From the IMG/VR virus record IMGVR_UViG_3300029554_000003, positions 13,064 through 77,063 of that record: a stretch of DNA of 64,000 nt. One strand, written 5' to 3'. Both the position numbers and the translations under genes were made by a program. Shown here one piece after another: positions 29,100 to 39,683 of this stretch. Numbering within the stretch: position 1 is the stretch's first letter; every line of letters begins with the position of its first letter. Under the pieces are notes generated by a model, which was given only the letters and a program-made list of their open reading frames with translations, searched no databases and was not told the DNA's origin. The DNA is from a virus. Lineage: Duplodnaviria; Heunggongvirae; Uroviricota; Caudoviricetes.

Positions 29100-31340
29100 T
29101 TAAATTTTTATCCATAACTTACAAGTGCTAGCGCTAGGCTGAGTTGAAGAAATGATTACCTCTTCTGGGCGCCAAGTATTAATATCAGAAGTAGGAGGTG
29201 TATAACCAAGAGCCGCAGTCACATTTGCCTTAGTAAGAGAAATAGTGCCACTACTATTGGTGATGTTAGAACCGACCTTAACGCCACCTAGAACACTTGA
29301 AGTAGCAGTTGGCAGGCTGTATACAGTGTTATTATCCGTAAGTGCGATGGTCGTATTGCCAGCCTGATTAAGAGTGAATGTACCCTTTGTCGCACCATTC
29401 TGTGTAATAGTAACAGTACCGTTGCCAACAGAAGGAATCGTAGGTTTACCGCTGATTTCACTCCAAGAGTAAGAAGGTTTACTTGAAGCCTTGGCCCAAA
29501 CGTGTACATCGCTAGCTGGCATAGAGGAAGGTCTACCAGAAACATTGTTCCACGCGACAGAGCCAGCTGAATTAGCATGGCTTACAGACTGTGAACCAAT
29601 GGTAGCAGAAGTGATAATTTCCTGTGAGTCGCCACCAACAGGTAGATAAGTTTTATTACTAGAATTTGTACCTGCATTAAAATTCGTATCGGTGTCATAA
29701 GAGAACACTAGACGTTCATCACCTTCTAAGTTACCAACAGTCCAAGCACCCTTAGAAGTCTTTTGACCTACAACTGGATTATATAAGTGCGAATTAGCAG
29801 TAGTACCGAAAGCGATAACGTTATTACGAGCTTGAATCCAAATGCCACCAGCACCACGATTGATTTTACCAGTCATAGTGCCGCCAGCAAGCGGTAGATA
29901 AGAGTGAGAGTGGCTTGCGGCAGCTGCGCCTACGTCCCCAGCAGAAAGCGTGATATTTGCGCTCAGTGCCTTACCGTTAACTGTGCGGCTAGTGGGAACA
30001 TACGAACCAAACTTCTCGTTTAAAATTTTACCTTGTGCCGCAGATAACGATTGGTCTGTATATGTAGAAGTAAGGTTATTCTGAATGCCACGCCAAGTAT
30101 TTGTGTCAGTAGAGTTAACTGTGACATTGCCGCTTGCGTCAGATGTTACTGTTGTCGCACCAGTACCCTTAATGGTAACTCCGCTACGGAATGTATTATC
30201 ATCTGTAACATTGATATGAGTATTGCTATTCGTAGTAGCAGCATTTGCGATACCACTTGCGGCGCCAGCTACGATGCGAGTAGTATAGTGTGTATTAGTA
30301 TCAATCGTTGGCGGCGTATAGCCTAAAGCAGTAGTAACATTAGCTTTAGTAAGTTCACCACGAATTGTTGCAGAAGACTTGTTTTCAACATTGCCAAGAC
30401 CTAAATCGGTCTTTGTGGTCTTGTGCGGATTGCCAGTAGTAGTAGAGTGATTATATGCGGCACGAGATTCATCACCATAACCAGCAGTACCATGAGTTGT
30501 ACCGAGAGTGATTGTATCTGAAATGACTACATATGTTGTACCACCCCAACGATAGATTTTATTCGTATCTAGAGCAGTATAAATCTTACCGCTTTCACCT
30601 TTAGTAGGGAATTTAGCAAATGAATCAAATTCCAGAACATCGTCTACGTAGCTAGGAAGATTTGCCGAATCAATTACACCGCTAAGACGAGCAACAGGAA
30701 GGTTGCCACTAATTTCGCCAATTGAATAACTGGGCTTTGAAGCTGCTTTAGCCCAAGCGTATACATCGCTAGCTGGCATACTCGTGGGAAAATCTGTAAT
30801 CTGAATCTTCGTATGCGTGTGGCTTGAATTAGCCTTTGCATTCAGCTTTGTATTGATTTCGCTCTCAGTATAATACCTGTCATCATGAGTGTGACCAGTA
30901 TTTGACTTGCCATCAAGCGCAGATTTAATTACCTTATTCTGTACAGGATTCGTTGAAGTAGTAGAAAGTTCTGCATCAATTGTAACACGATTTGAACCTG
31001 CGGCAACACCGTCAAGTTTAGCCTTATCTGCGGCAGACATAAGACCTGCGGCACTAGCAGTAGCATTGCCGTATACAGTATTTGAATCTGTAACATTAAA
31101 TGTACTGCCATCGCTACCCCTGAGAGTGATTGTACTACCGCTCTTGGTTAAGTTATAAGTTGTATTTGTATTGATATTGTCTTTAATCTGAATCAGAGAG
31201 GATGAAGAAATACCCATCCACAAAGTGCCAGTATCGGTGGCAACATATAATGCACCGTCCAATACTTTATTTTCGGCAGTAAGTGCTTTGATATTAGGTT
31301 CTTTATCTCTGATAAATTTTACTCTTGCTATCTTGCTCAC
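29100..31340 (-). CDS. Tail fibre protein
   Basis: GLMSAADKAKLDG, HTHDDRYY, YLPLAGGTMTG, LPSYVDDVLE fibre motifs; internal repeats. Confidence 0.8.
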   Translation of the reverse strand: MSKIARVKFIRDKEPNIKALTAENKVLDGALYVATDTGTLWMGISSSSLIQIKDNINTNTTYNLTKSGSTITLRGSDGSTFNVTDSNTVYGNATASAAGLMSAADKAKLDGVAAGSNRVTIDAELSTTSTNPVQNKVIKSALDGKSNTGHTHDDRYYTESEINTKLNAKANSSHTHTKIQITDFPTSMPASDVYAWAKAASKPSYSIGEISGNLPVARLSGVIDSANLPSYVDDVLEFDSFAKFPTKGESGKIYTALDTNKIYRWGGTTYVVISDTITLGTTHGTAGYGDESRAAYNHSTTTGNPHKTTKTDLGLGNVENKSSATIRGELTKANVTTALGYTPPTIDTNTHYTTRIVAGAASGIANAATTNSNTHINVTDDNTFRSGVTIKGTGATTVTSDASGNVTVNSTDTNTWRGIQNNLTSTYTDQSLSAAQGKILNEKFGSYVPTSRTVNGKALSANITLSAGDVGAAAASHSHSYLPLAGGTMTGKINRGAGGIWIQARNNVIAFGTTANSHLYNPVVGQKTSKGAWTVGNLEGDERLVFSYDTDTNFNAGTNSSNKTYLPVGGDSQEIITSATIGSQSVSHANSAGSVAWNNVSGRPSSMPASDVHVWAKASSKPSYSWSEISGKPTIPSVGNGTVTITQNGATKGTFTLNQAGNTTIALTDNNTVYSLPTATSSVLGGVKVGSNITNSSGTISLTKANVTAALGYTPPTSDINTWRPEEVIISSTQPSASTCKLWIKI

Positions 31341-31355
31341 ATCCTTTCTGATATA

Positions 31356-32117
31356 TTATTCAATAGAAGACCAAGTTAAATCATCTGGCGTGGCAAAATC
31401 AGATGCATCATGATATGCGGCAGATTTTAAACCATATACTGCCACAGATTTATCTTTAACTTTGATTGTACCATTTATAGTGCCAGTAGTAATAGAAGGA
31501 ACTGTTAAAACATCAGATGGCAAAATGCCGCTTGCAACGGTATCGACATACGCCTTAGTAGCAATGTCATTATTATCACTAATAACCTGACCAGCCGCAT
31601 ATTTGATTTTACCAGATAAAGTGCCACCAGTGAGGGGAAGATATTTCGCTTTCTCTTGGTCGGTATATGCCTTTGCATCTTTAAGTGCTTTATCTGCCTT
31701 GGCTTGCGCGTCTGTCGAAGATGCACCAGATGCGGTCTTGATTGCTGAATTCATCTCGCTCTTGGTTGGATAGTTCGATAAATCGGTCTTAGACCCGCCG
31801 AGCTTTTCAAACTTACCATTAACCCAAAAGTATTCAGTATATTCATTATTAGATTCGGTTAAATCTGGCAACATATAAATTGTATTTTCTTCGCCAGTAG
31901 AAGGAAGAGTTGACCCTTTTGCCAAAACAACACGTTTAAGATGCGGAGCACCTGCTACTGCATTTGCAATAGCCGTGTTCATAGCATCTTTTTTAACGTA
32001 TTCTGCTGGAACTTTATCACTCGGAATGTTAACATCCCAGTTAATATCAGAAGCATCTACGAGTTTGAAAGTGCCGTTATTCTTTTGTTTGATTTTATCA
32101 ATAAGTTGAACAGGCAT
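31356..32117 (-). CDS. Fibre segment protein
   Basis: HLKR..LP..NTIY..EY..FEKLG..DLSNY module shared with 32960 and 34965 genes. Confidence 0.7.
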   Translation of the reverse strand: MPVQLIDKIKQKNNGTFKLVDASDINWDVNIPSDKVPAEYVKKDAMNTAIANAVAGAPHLKRVVLAKGSTLPSTGEENTIYMLPDLTESNNEYTEYFWVNGKFEKLGGSKTDLSNYPTKSEMNSAIKTASGASSTDAQAKADKALKDAKAYTDQEKAKYLPLTGGTLSGKIKYAAGQVISDNNDIATKAYVDTVASGILPSDVLTVPSITTGTINGTIKVKDKSVAVYGLKSAAYHDASDFATPDDLTWSSIE

Positions 32118-32935
32118 TATTTCACCTCCACCGTAGTTGCACCTAATCCTGCATTAGTTGACCTATAGATATTATAAGAAGCGGTATAGCCACTTGCATT
32201 TGTGAAATCAAAAGTCTTTACTTTGTTAAAACCGCCCTCGAAACCTCCAACATAAAATGCGGGAGTTCCAAAAGAAGCAGGGATAGCAAAGTAAATATAT
32301 TGCCCAGCATTGGCTGTGACGCTCCATGAACCCGTGCGGCCAGATACTAGATTTCTAGTAAGCCCTTTGACAAATGCCGCGTCTATCTTAGAAGTGTCTG
32401 TTATATTGCTCACACCATAGTATTTACCATTTAAAAAGTAAATTATAGTCTGCTTAGTAGATGTGGCTTTGCGAGCGTCAGTAGCAGTCAAAGTAAATGC
32501 GGTCGTTGCGGTAAGAGGTGCCGCAAATGTAATTGCCGCAGTTCCAGATTGTGTCTTATTGATTTCAAATGATTGGCTACCTGCTGTAATTGTCAGTTTA
32601 GAAGGTTGCTTGTTCAAATTCCAAGAGAAGTTGGAAGATGGAAGACGAGAACCTATTTCAAGTGTGCCGCTATTGTTAGAAAAACTATTAACGGACATCG
32701 CTTTATAAATTGAAAGTGTGCCGTCAGAGGTAATATCAAAATCTCCGCTTGGTTTGATAATACCAGCGGCAGAGCCAGTGGCAATTTTAATATCGCCACA
32801 GCTGTATTTGATATTATTTTTCATGATACTCGTGGTATCTGAAAGAAAATAGATGCCGTTGGGATCTATTTTGGTAGACCCCAATGCATCATACTCTGAT
32901 TGCACGCCTGTGTAAAATCTAATATCAGCAGACAT
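32117..32935 (-). CDS. Fibre segment protein with Ig-like C-terminus
   Basis: C-terminal YYG..GLT..GQYI.FA.P domain paralogous to 36334 gene. Confidence 0.7.
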   Translation of the reverse strand: MSADIRFYTGVQSEYDALGSTKIDPNGIYFLSDTTSIMKNNIKYSCGDIKIATGSAAGIIKPSGDFDITSDGTLSIYKAMSVNSFSNNSGTLEIGSRLPSSNFSWNLNKQPSKLTITAGSQSFEINKTQSGTAAITFAAPLTATTAFTLTATDARKATSTKQTIIYFLNGKYYGVSNITDTSKIDAAFVKGLTRNLVSGRTGSWSVTANAGQYIYFAIPASFGTPAFYVGGFEGGFNKVKTFDFTNASGYTASYNIYRSTNAGLGATTVEVK

Positions 32936-32959
32936 ACAATCTCCTTAATCTAATTTAAA

Positions 32960-34522
32960 TTAGAGCGTACCCCACTCAATTAAACCATCAGCATATTTTT
33001 TAGCAGCAGTCAGAGCATTATTAGCTTTGGTAGTAGCATCCTTAGCGGCAGCGTCAACGGATTCAGTCTTCTTTGTATCAGCATAGGCCTTAGCTTCAGT
33101 AAGAGCACCAGCAGCAGCACCAGAAACATCAAAGGCACCGCTATTTTGATAAGCAGCAGAGCCTAGACCCTTAACAGCAACGTCTGAACCCTTAACAGAG
33201 ATTGTACCATTAGCGGTACCAGAAACAACATCTGCGGCTTGAACAGCAGAGTCAGCCTTGGCGCCCTGAGCAGCGGTAGCAAAATCATCAGTGGCAGCAT
33301 ATGCGGCGGTACCTAGACCGTGAACCTTAACGGAAGTGCCTTTAACGGAAATAGCACCGTTGACAGTACCCTCGACAACATCAGCAGCCTGTAGAGCAGA
33401 ATCAGCTTTAGCGCCTTGGGCGGCAGTAGCATAATTCTTGGCTAGACCATCGGAATAGGTCTTGGCATCTTCAAGAGCCTTATCAGCTTTTTTACCAGCT
33501 TCGGTAATAGCAGCAGCTTGAGCAGCGTCAGCCTTTGTGGTGGCATCGGTAGCAGCCGCAGCAATGGCAGCATCCTTAGCGGCATCTGCCTTGGTCTGAG
33601 CGTCAGTAGCAGCTTCACCCTTAGCGGTAGTAATAGCACCAGTTACTTGGTCTTTGGTGAAGTAGTTGCTAAGGTCTACGTCAGAAGTACCAATACGCTC
33701 AAAGGCACCATTGACAAGCATGTATTCAGTATAAACAGACTTGTTGGAGCCTGCGGCATCGGTGCTACCAGCATCGGGAACCATATAGATAGTATCTTCG
33801 TTGGCTTCGGAAACCTCGGGAAGAACACTAACGATTTCACGCTTGAGGTGGTGCGCATTAGCTACGGCAGCAGCAATAGCGGTATTGGCTTCATCTTTTG
33901 TATAGGCATCGGCGATACCGTAACCAGCAAGAGTAGTAGCTTTGTCAGCTTTCTTGTCGATATTGGCCTGTAGCTCGGTTTTAGCAGCACCAACTTGCTT
34001 AGTAGTTTCAGCAGCCGCAGCTTCGATGGCTTCTGTTTTCTTGGTAGCAGAATCAGCTTTAGCGTCTTCTAGAGCTTTGTCGGCTTTAGAAGTAGCGTCT
34101 GTGGCAGCAGCGTCAATAGCAGCCTGCTTAGCATCAGCAGCAGCTTTCTTGATAGAGCCTTCGCCTTCACCTTGAATAACTGTTAATTTTTCATTTGCGG
34201 CAGAAATATTACCTTCTGCTGTAGTAACGCGCTTGGTAAGGGCAGAAAGGTCTTCGGAAACAGTTGTTGGCTTAACAACTGTGATGTACTTAGTACCATC
34301 CCAATAGGCAACATTATCTCCTTTGTCACCTACAATATATAGAGTATTAATTTTACCTTGTTCTGGAAGTGCATTTACTTTCTCATAAATGCCACCAGAG
34401 TATGGGGTATCACCTTTGTAAATACGCTGTTCTTCTTCTACAAAATAAAGAGTATTAGCATCTTTATCTGTAAGACCTTGATAGCCGGCAAGAGTAGCAG
34501 CTACAAATTTAACTTGACTCAT
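32960..34522 (-). CDS. Ala-rich coiled-coil fibre protein
   Basis: ADKATTLAGYGIADAY, AK.YAD and ATAAQGAKADSA repeats. Confidence 0.75.
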   Translation of the reverse strand: MSQVKFVAATLAGYQGLTDKDANTLYFVEEEQRIYKGDTPYSGGIYEKVNALPEQGKINTLYIVGDKGDNVAYWDGTKYITVVKPTTVSEDLSALTKRVTTAEGNISAANEKLTVIQGEGEGSIKKAAADAKQAAIDAAATDATSKADKALEDAKADSATKKTEAIEAAAAETTKQVGAAKTELQANIDKKADKATTLAGYGIADAYTKDEANTAIAAAVANAHHLKREIVSVLPEVSEANEDTIYMVPDAGSTDAAGSNKSVYTEYMLVNGAFERIGTSDVDLSNYFTKDQVTGAITTAKGEAATDAQTKADAAKDAAIAAAATDATTKADAAQAAAITEAGKKADKALEDAKTYSDGLAKNYATAAQGAKADSALQAADVVEGTVNGAISVKGTSVKVHGLGTAAYAATDDFATAAQGAKADSAVQAADVVSGTANGTISVKGSDVAVKGLGSAAYQNSGAFDVSGAAAGALTEAKAYADTKKTESVDAAAKDATTKANNALTAAKKYADGLIEWGTL

Positions 34523-34533
34523 TCATGTCTCCT

Positions 34534-34956
34534 TTAAATAGTTGTCCATTCTGTATTATTAGCAACACACATATATGTATGAAGGGCCGCATTCCATTTA
34601 TAAATTGCTTTATCGGCAATATATATCATAGTTTCTTTTCCTTCTTTTGGAAAATCTTCAACGGAAGTACCAAAAGTTATGGTTTGTAAATTAGAAGGAG
34701 TAAGCTGTTTCCAACCGTCTTTATAACGCCACATCACGCCAGTTTCTTCTACATAATAATAGCCTTCAACTGGTGCTAATTTATCAATTCTATCTTTGTC
34801 TGTAGGAAATTCTTGGATACAATTATATTTAATTCGTAGACCGTTATAATCTAAATAGAGGTGACGGGTATCGGAAACAAAAACTAAATTTCCATCGCTA
34901 ACTGGTAATTTATTTAATTTTGCGGCCACAGTTGTATATACACGAACTACAGCCAT
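34534..34956 (-). CDS. Small fibre connector protein
   Basis: DGNLVFVSDT, FP.EG...IY..W motifs. Confidence 0.65.
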   Translation of the reverse strand: MAVVRVYTTVAAKLNKLPVSDGNLVFVSDTRHLYLDYNGLRIKYNCIQEFPTDKDRIDKLAPVEGYYYVEETGVMWRYKDGWKQLTPSNLQTITFGTSVEDFPKEGKETMIYIADKAIYKWNAALHTYMCVANNTEWTTI

Positions 34957-34964
34957 TTTAACTC

Positions 34965-36317
34965 CTAAAATTCTACAATTGTTAAAGCGTTATCCGTGTA
35001 AGTTTTAGAAGTTTCAATGGCTTCTTTCTTTGCTGCTGCAATTGCTTCTGCACTAGCAGTTCCACCGGAACCTACGCTTGTATCAATATACTGCTTAATA
35101 GTAGTACCTTCGGCAATGTCACCGACTTTCTCAGAAAGAATAGTCTTTACTTGAGCAGCATCGACTTTAGTATTTAAATTCTCTTGAATGGGAGAAATTT
35201 GACCATCGGTATATGCTTTAGCTTGTTCAAGTGTCGTAGCATCTTGAGTATCGGTATATGCTTTTGCATCTTCAAGAGCCTTAGCGGCAGCACCCGCTTT
35301 TTCATAATTAGCAGCAAGGCCGTCGGCATATTCTTTTGCGCTTGTCAGAGTAGCAGTATCTTTTTCAACAGCAGCAGCAATGGCAGCAGCTTGAGCCGCA
35401 TCGGCTTTTTTCTGCGCTTCTGCAATCGCGGCAGTTTGTGCGGTATCTGCCTTGGTCTGAGCATCCGCAGCGGCAGCATCAATTGCAGCTTGCTTGGCGG
35501 TCGCAACTTCATTTTTAGTCGCGTAATCAGAAAGGTCTACCTTGCTGTCACCGATTTTTTCAAATTTCTTGACTTCATTAGTTACAACGAGAATGTATTC
35601 ATCATAATGGTCATCAACTGGAACCATATAGATAGTATTAGCATCAGCTTCATCGACAGCAGGGAGAGCATCGACAATAGCACGCTTTAAATGGTCTGCT
35701 TTCGCAATAGCAGAAGCGATTGCAGTATCAGTTGCTTCTTTTGTATAAGCATCAGCAATGCCGTATCCAGCCAAAGTAGTTGCTTTATCAGCCTTGCCAG
35801 CGACAGTAGTATCTGTATATGCCTTTGCATCTGCAAGAGCTTTCTTTACAGAACCTTCACCTTCACCAGCCAAACTATCTAATTTAACTTGAATAGCTTC
35901 AATGGTTGCTTTAAGATTCTCAACTTGTTCAAAAATTACCTTGAAACCAGAACCAGTATAGATATATCCTTTGTTATCAGTAATATTAATATAGATAACG
36001 CCCTGCTCTTGGTCTGCTTCTGGAAGAGCTTCTACTACCTTAACATACTCTTTTACCTTGGTTGGGTCAATTTCACCATCAATTCCAATAGGAGAAAGAT
36101 TAAAACCTGTACCCTCAGCTTTTGGTTGAAGCATATATGCTTTATACTTACCATCAACCAATGCGGTAATGACTTGACCGCCATAAGCAATAGCTGAATC
36201 TGCATAGGTCTGTGCGGCTGCTAATGTCTCATGGACACTCGAAGCATCAAGTGGAAGAGCATTACCACGAGAATAGGCTTTTACAGCAACCAATAGTTTT
36301 GTGCTATCAATAGCCAT
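34965..36317 (-). CDS. Ala-rich coiled-coil fibre protein
   Basis: Paralogous core to 32960 gene. Confidence 0.75.
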   Translation of the reverse strand: MAIDSTKLLVAVKAYSRGNALPLDASSVHETLAAAQTYADSAIAYGGQVITALVDGKYKAYMLQPKAEGTGFNLSPIGIDGEIDPTKVKEYVKVVEALPEADQEQGVIYINITDNKGYIYTGSGFKVIFEQVENLKATIEAIQVKLDSLAGEGEGSVKKALADAKAYTDTTVAGKADKATTLAGYGIADAYTKEATDTAIASAIAKADHLKRAIVDALPAVDEADANTIYMVPVDDHYDEYILVVTNEVKKFEKIGDSKVDLSDYATKNEVATAKQAAIDAAAADAQTKADTAQTAAIAEAQKKADAAQAAAIAAAVEKDTATLTSAKEYADGLAANYEKAGAAAKALEDAKAYTDTQDATTLEQAKAYTDGQISPIQENLNTKVDAAQVKTILSEKVGDIAEGTTIKQYIDTSVGSGGTASAEAIAAAKKEAIETSKTYTDNALTIVEF

Positions 36318-36333
36318 AATTTATAACTCCTTT

Positions 36334-37338
36334 CTAAATGGTTACTGTAAATGTCATTGGGGCCGCGGCAGGAGCAGCCATAGCGTAGCTATAGACTTTA
36401 TAGTTTGCAGCTGTTGCTCCGTTGGCACCTTCGACAGACACGGTTTGCTTGGTAAAGCTAGAAGCCATACCAATATCATTTGTTTCTTCATATTTAACTT
36501 GGCTTACATCACGAAGAGCCGCAGGATAGGCGAAAACAATATACTGTTGCCCTTGAGCGACTTTAATGGTAAGTTTGGTACCAGCAGTAGGATTAAGAGA
36601 CTTACCAGTAAGACCACGTATAATTGCAGAATTTAATTCAGGGACAGAGCCTACGCCAGTACCATAAAAAGCGTTCCGTTTTCCAACATAAGAAAGTACA
36701 TTTGATGTAATAGAGCCAGCAGTAATATGACCAGATGGGGAATCGTCCCCAAGATTATCCTGCTTGATTGCACCCTCAGCATAAGAAGCGATAGCTTTAA
36801 AAGAAGTGGTACCTTCTCCAACAGTAATTGAATGGTCAGATAGAATCAGAGGGCTAGTGGTACCCTCAAGTACATCAACAGTTCCATCAGAAATTTTAAT
36901 TGCGGTAAGAGCGCCAGCATCTTGCTTTGTAAAGTTTGCTGTCATTGTTGCCGTAAGTGTAGTACCAACTTCATAATTACCTGGTTGAGCACCTTTTGAA
37001 ACCGCAAGAGAAATCTTAGGTGCAATATATGTAGCGGGTACACGTTTCATAATAATCTTTTTGATTAACGTGTCTAAATCAGTACCAGCTTCAATAACAT
37101 CGCCAGTCTTGATACCGCCAACACTTCCGCCAACGCCTAGTTGAACAGTGTGAGCTTCTTTAGACTTAGCATTGCCAAGCGTATGCGGCACTTTAGAATC
37201 ATCTACATAAATCATATTATCTTCTGTAGAAATAACGACGCTATTTGTACCAATAGTCCCAGCGGTAATACTGTCATTTAGTTTTGTTTCAGAACCGTGA
37301 AAAAAACTAATCTTTTTTGCATTTTCTGCGTCAGCCAT
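36334..37338 (-). CDS. Fibre segment protein with Ig-like C-terminus
   Basis: Beta-rich; paralog of 32117 gene. Confidence 0.7.
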   Translation of the reverse strand: MADAENAKKISFFHGSETKLNDSITAGTIGTNSVVISTEDNMIYVDDSKVPHTLGNAKSKEAHTVQLGVGGSVGGIKTGDVIEAGTDLDTLIKKIIMKRVPATYIAPKISLAVSKGAQPGNYEVGTTLTATMTANFTKQDAGALTAIKISDGTVDVLEGTTSPLILSDHSITVGEGTTSFKAIASYAEGAIKQDNLGDDSPSGHITAGSITSNVLSYVGKRNAFYGTGVGSVPELNSAIIRGLTGKSLNPTAGTKLTIKVAQGQQYIVFAYPAALRDVSQVKYEETNDIGMASSFTKQTVSVEGANGATAANYKVYSYAMAAPAAAPMTFTVTI

Positions 37339-37398
37339 TTATTATAACCCCTCTCTATTGAGTATAAAAATTTTATATATATAAAATAAACCATATAA

Positions 37399-38007
37399 CT
37401 AAAATTCCCGAATCTTAACTTCTGCGCTGATAGCTATCTGGTCTAGTTTATTTTCTACTGAAACGGCCTTATCATATGCACTTGTTGCAATTTGTTTAAT
37501 TTCTTTTGTTTCCTTTGTCCATTTTTGAAATTCTTTACGTTGTTCATCCATTTGTTTTTCCATCTTGTCCCCAAGAGTAGCAAGATGGATTACAGCATTT
37601 TGAAAAGCGCTAAAATCATCAGAAACGACAAACGCAGAGCCGTCATTTGGGTCGGACAATACATGTACAAGAAAATTCGTGCTAGAAGCAATTGATACTG
37701 AATCAACTAATTCGACACAACAAAGCACGTCTCCTTCATGTAACATGGCTTGCGGCCATTTAATTTCCCATACGATAGGGTCTTCATGTGTTTTTGTAAA
37801 AACATTATATCCTTTTATATCTAGTTGAACATGCCGCCAACTCAAATAAACTTTTGTATCTGCGACACATTGTGCAGCAGCTTCTTGGTCGAAAATAATT
37901 CTAAAAGTACGACCATTTGCATCTGCGCCGCCAGCCACAATAGGGTCTTGAATGTCTTGGTCAAGAGACTTCAAATTGACTGTAACTGCTTTTAATTCCT
38001 GACCCAT
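37399..38007 (-). CDS. BppU-like upper baseplate/fibre anchor
   Basis: N-terminal beta domain (DANGRT.RI...F.V.V) followed by coiled coil. Confidence 0.55.
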   Translation of the reverse strand: MGQELKAVTVNLKSLDQDIQDPIVAGGADANGRTFRIIFDQEAAAQCVADTKVYLSWRHVQLDIKGYNVFTKTHEDPIVWEIKWPQAMLHEGDVLCCVELVDSVSIASSTNFLVHVLSDPNDGSAFVVSDDFSAFQNAVIHLATLGDKMEKQMDEQRKEFQKWTKETKEIKQIATSAYDKAVSVENKLDQIAISAEVKIREF

Positions 38008-38532
38008 TTATTCACCCCTTTCATTGTTCTTTTGGCTTACAATAAATTGTGGATTGGAAAGATTGATTCTCGGTAGTTCGCGTATCTCTTCCATTAAGCC
38101 ATCAATGAATGAGTTGCCGCCTGCCGCTTTATAATATAAATATCTGCGCTCTAAAGATTCTAGATTAAGGTCATCAATAGCCTTGATTTCATAGCAAAAA
38201 TAGTGATGCTTGTCAATGATATAACTGCGGGAGTTCTCCTGTAATCTTTCAAGAGTAAGTTTTTCGTGCTCTTGGAGTGCTTTAATATCATTCGATTGAT
38301 TGCTAATTTCTTGGCTAAGACTCTTAATTTCTGCTTGTAACGAAGCAATACTTTCTACAATCTCAGAGTGCTGTGTATCTTTAAGTGTCTGATAATTGAA
38401 GAATTTTTTTAATTTATTATAAAAATATTCCAACAGCTCACTTAAGAATTTAAAAGCGACAGCTAAAGTCACAACTAACATAACGATAGCCCCGAAAGAG
38501 TATTGCGACACCAGTTGCGACAAAGCATCCAT
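38008..38532 (-). CDS. Holin-like membrane protein
   Basis: N-terminal TM, coiled coil, Y..YKAAGGNSFI...M.EI..LP; start taken at MDAL. Confidence 0.6.
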   Translation of the reverse strand: MDALSQLVSQYSFGAIVMLVVTLAVAFKFLSELLEYFYNKLKKFFNYQTLKDTQHSEIVESIASLQAEIKSLSQEISNQSNDIKALQEHEKLTLERLQENSRSYIIDKHHYFCYEIKAIDDLNLESLERRYLYYKAAGGNSFIDGLMEEIRELPRINLSNPQFIVSQKNNERGE

Positions 38533-38655
38533 TCTCGGCAATATCCCTTCTTCTCTACATAATCTAATATAATATGAAAATAATTTACATTTGATTTTAG
38601 GAATTTGCCCATAAAAAAATGAGGGAAACATAAAGCTTCCCTCGAATAAAATAAG

Positions 38656-39048
38656 TTAAACAGTTCTATGCCACACATAACAGTTTTGATAAACTGGTAA
38701 ATTATTGTGAGCTTTGCCACACCAGTTGATTTATTAAAAGTCTCATTTCGACTACAAGAGTTATCAGTAACCCAAGTCAATCTGTGACCCCTTTGAACAC
38801 CACCATTTACAAGGTGAGCGTAATATACCAATGTTGCATTTCCATGAATGTAAGCTGGCATCTCGTTGAGACTCAGCTTATGCGTTGCTTCGCCGCTGTT
38901 TGCTTGGCGGCTATAGACCCATACAGGAAAGTTTTCAATTGAGTCCATGTGCCGCCAACCGTAGGAAAGCAGGAGATGTTGCATTCATGCTTTGGTAGAT
39001 TAAGCCTACTGGATATACAATATCCATAAGGTTTACAAAATTACTCAT
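38656..39048 (-). pseudogene. Fibre-tip (gp10-C-like) cassette 3 with three frameshifts
   Basis: MSNFVNLMDIVYPVG..SPA / TVGGTWTQL / GEATHKLSLNEMP / GKAHNNLPVYQNCYVWHRTV in successive frames. Confidence 0.8.
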
Positions 39049-39092
39049 TTATATCTTTTCTAATTAAATAGAAAGAATATTATAAAATTTTC

Positions 39093-39560
39093 TTAGGCTG
39101 TTCTTCTATATATATTAACAGAATAGTGATATGGAATATAATTATTGCCTTTGCCAGCACTGTCGGTAGTGAAGGAGTGCGTATGCGCCCCATTGGTAGA
39201 TGTTCCTTGCCCACCAAAAGAACCAACAGAACCAAAATAATTACCAGCACCTTGAAGAACGTTGCCACCACCTGGACCGTACCATGCGATAATTCGTCCA
39301 TCAACATTGTGATTGTGGTTGCCACCACTATTAGTAGTACCAGTATGTTTATGTTCGGGCATTTGACTAGTAGCAATAGTCTTACTGCCGCCATAACTTG
39401 CAACTGCTGAAGAATATGTTGAGCCACTTGCAGCAATAACAGCATCTTTAATTTGCGTCCATGTGCCACCTACGCTACTCGCAGGAGAAACACTAGATGT
39501 ACTAAAATATATACTTCCTACTGGATAAATAATATCAAGAAGATTTACAAAATTACTCAT
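39093..39560 (-). CDS. Fibre-tip (T4 gp10 C-terminal-like) cassette 2
   Basis: YPVGSIY..SP...GGTW...QMP.H.H...PY....YRRTA. Confidence 0.8.
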   Translation of the reverse strand: MSNFVNLLDIIYPVGSIYFSTSSVSPASSVGGTWTQIKDAVIAASGSTYSSAVASYGGSKTIATSQMPEHKHTGTTNSGGNHNHNVDGRIIAWYGPGGGNVLQGAGNYFGSVGSFGGQGTSTNGAHTHSFTTDSAGKGNNYIPYHYSVNIYRRTA

Positions 39561-39639
39561 ATAACCCTCCTAGATTGAGGGCATTAACTAAGAGGAATGC
39601 CCCCACCAGAAGAGTATGATTTTTCATGGTATCTAACAT
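39553..39639 (-). CDS. Putative leader peptide of cassette 2 (28 aa, in frame)
   Basis: RBS GAAAGG; MLDTMKNHTLLVGAFLLVNALNLGGLYE; contains GGTGGGGG; stop overlaps cassette ATG. Confidence 0.55.
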   Translation of the reverse strand: MLDTMKNHTLLVGAFLLVNALNLGGLYE

Positions 39640-39683
39640 CTTCAATTACCTTTCTTAGATAATTTGATATTAGATTTTAGATT

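Noticed and set aside
37360..37400. Eighth GGGCA motif copy
   Set aside because: The TTTTTATAC half is present but there is no GGGCA at the required distance; a TGGCAAAA near 13287 also fails the spacing.
38475..39469. Track ORFs 38475-38984 and 39080-39469 as genes
   Set aside because: They are alternate frames of cassettes 3 and 2.
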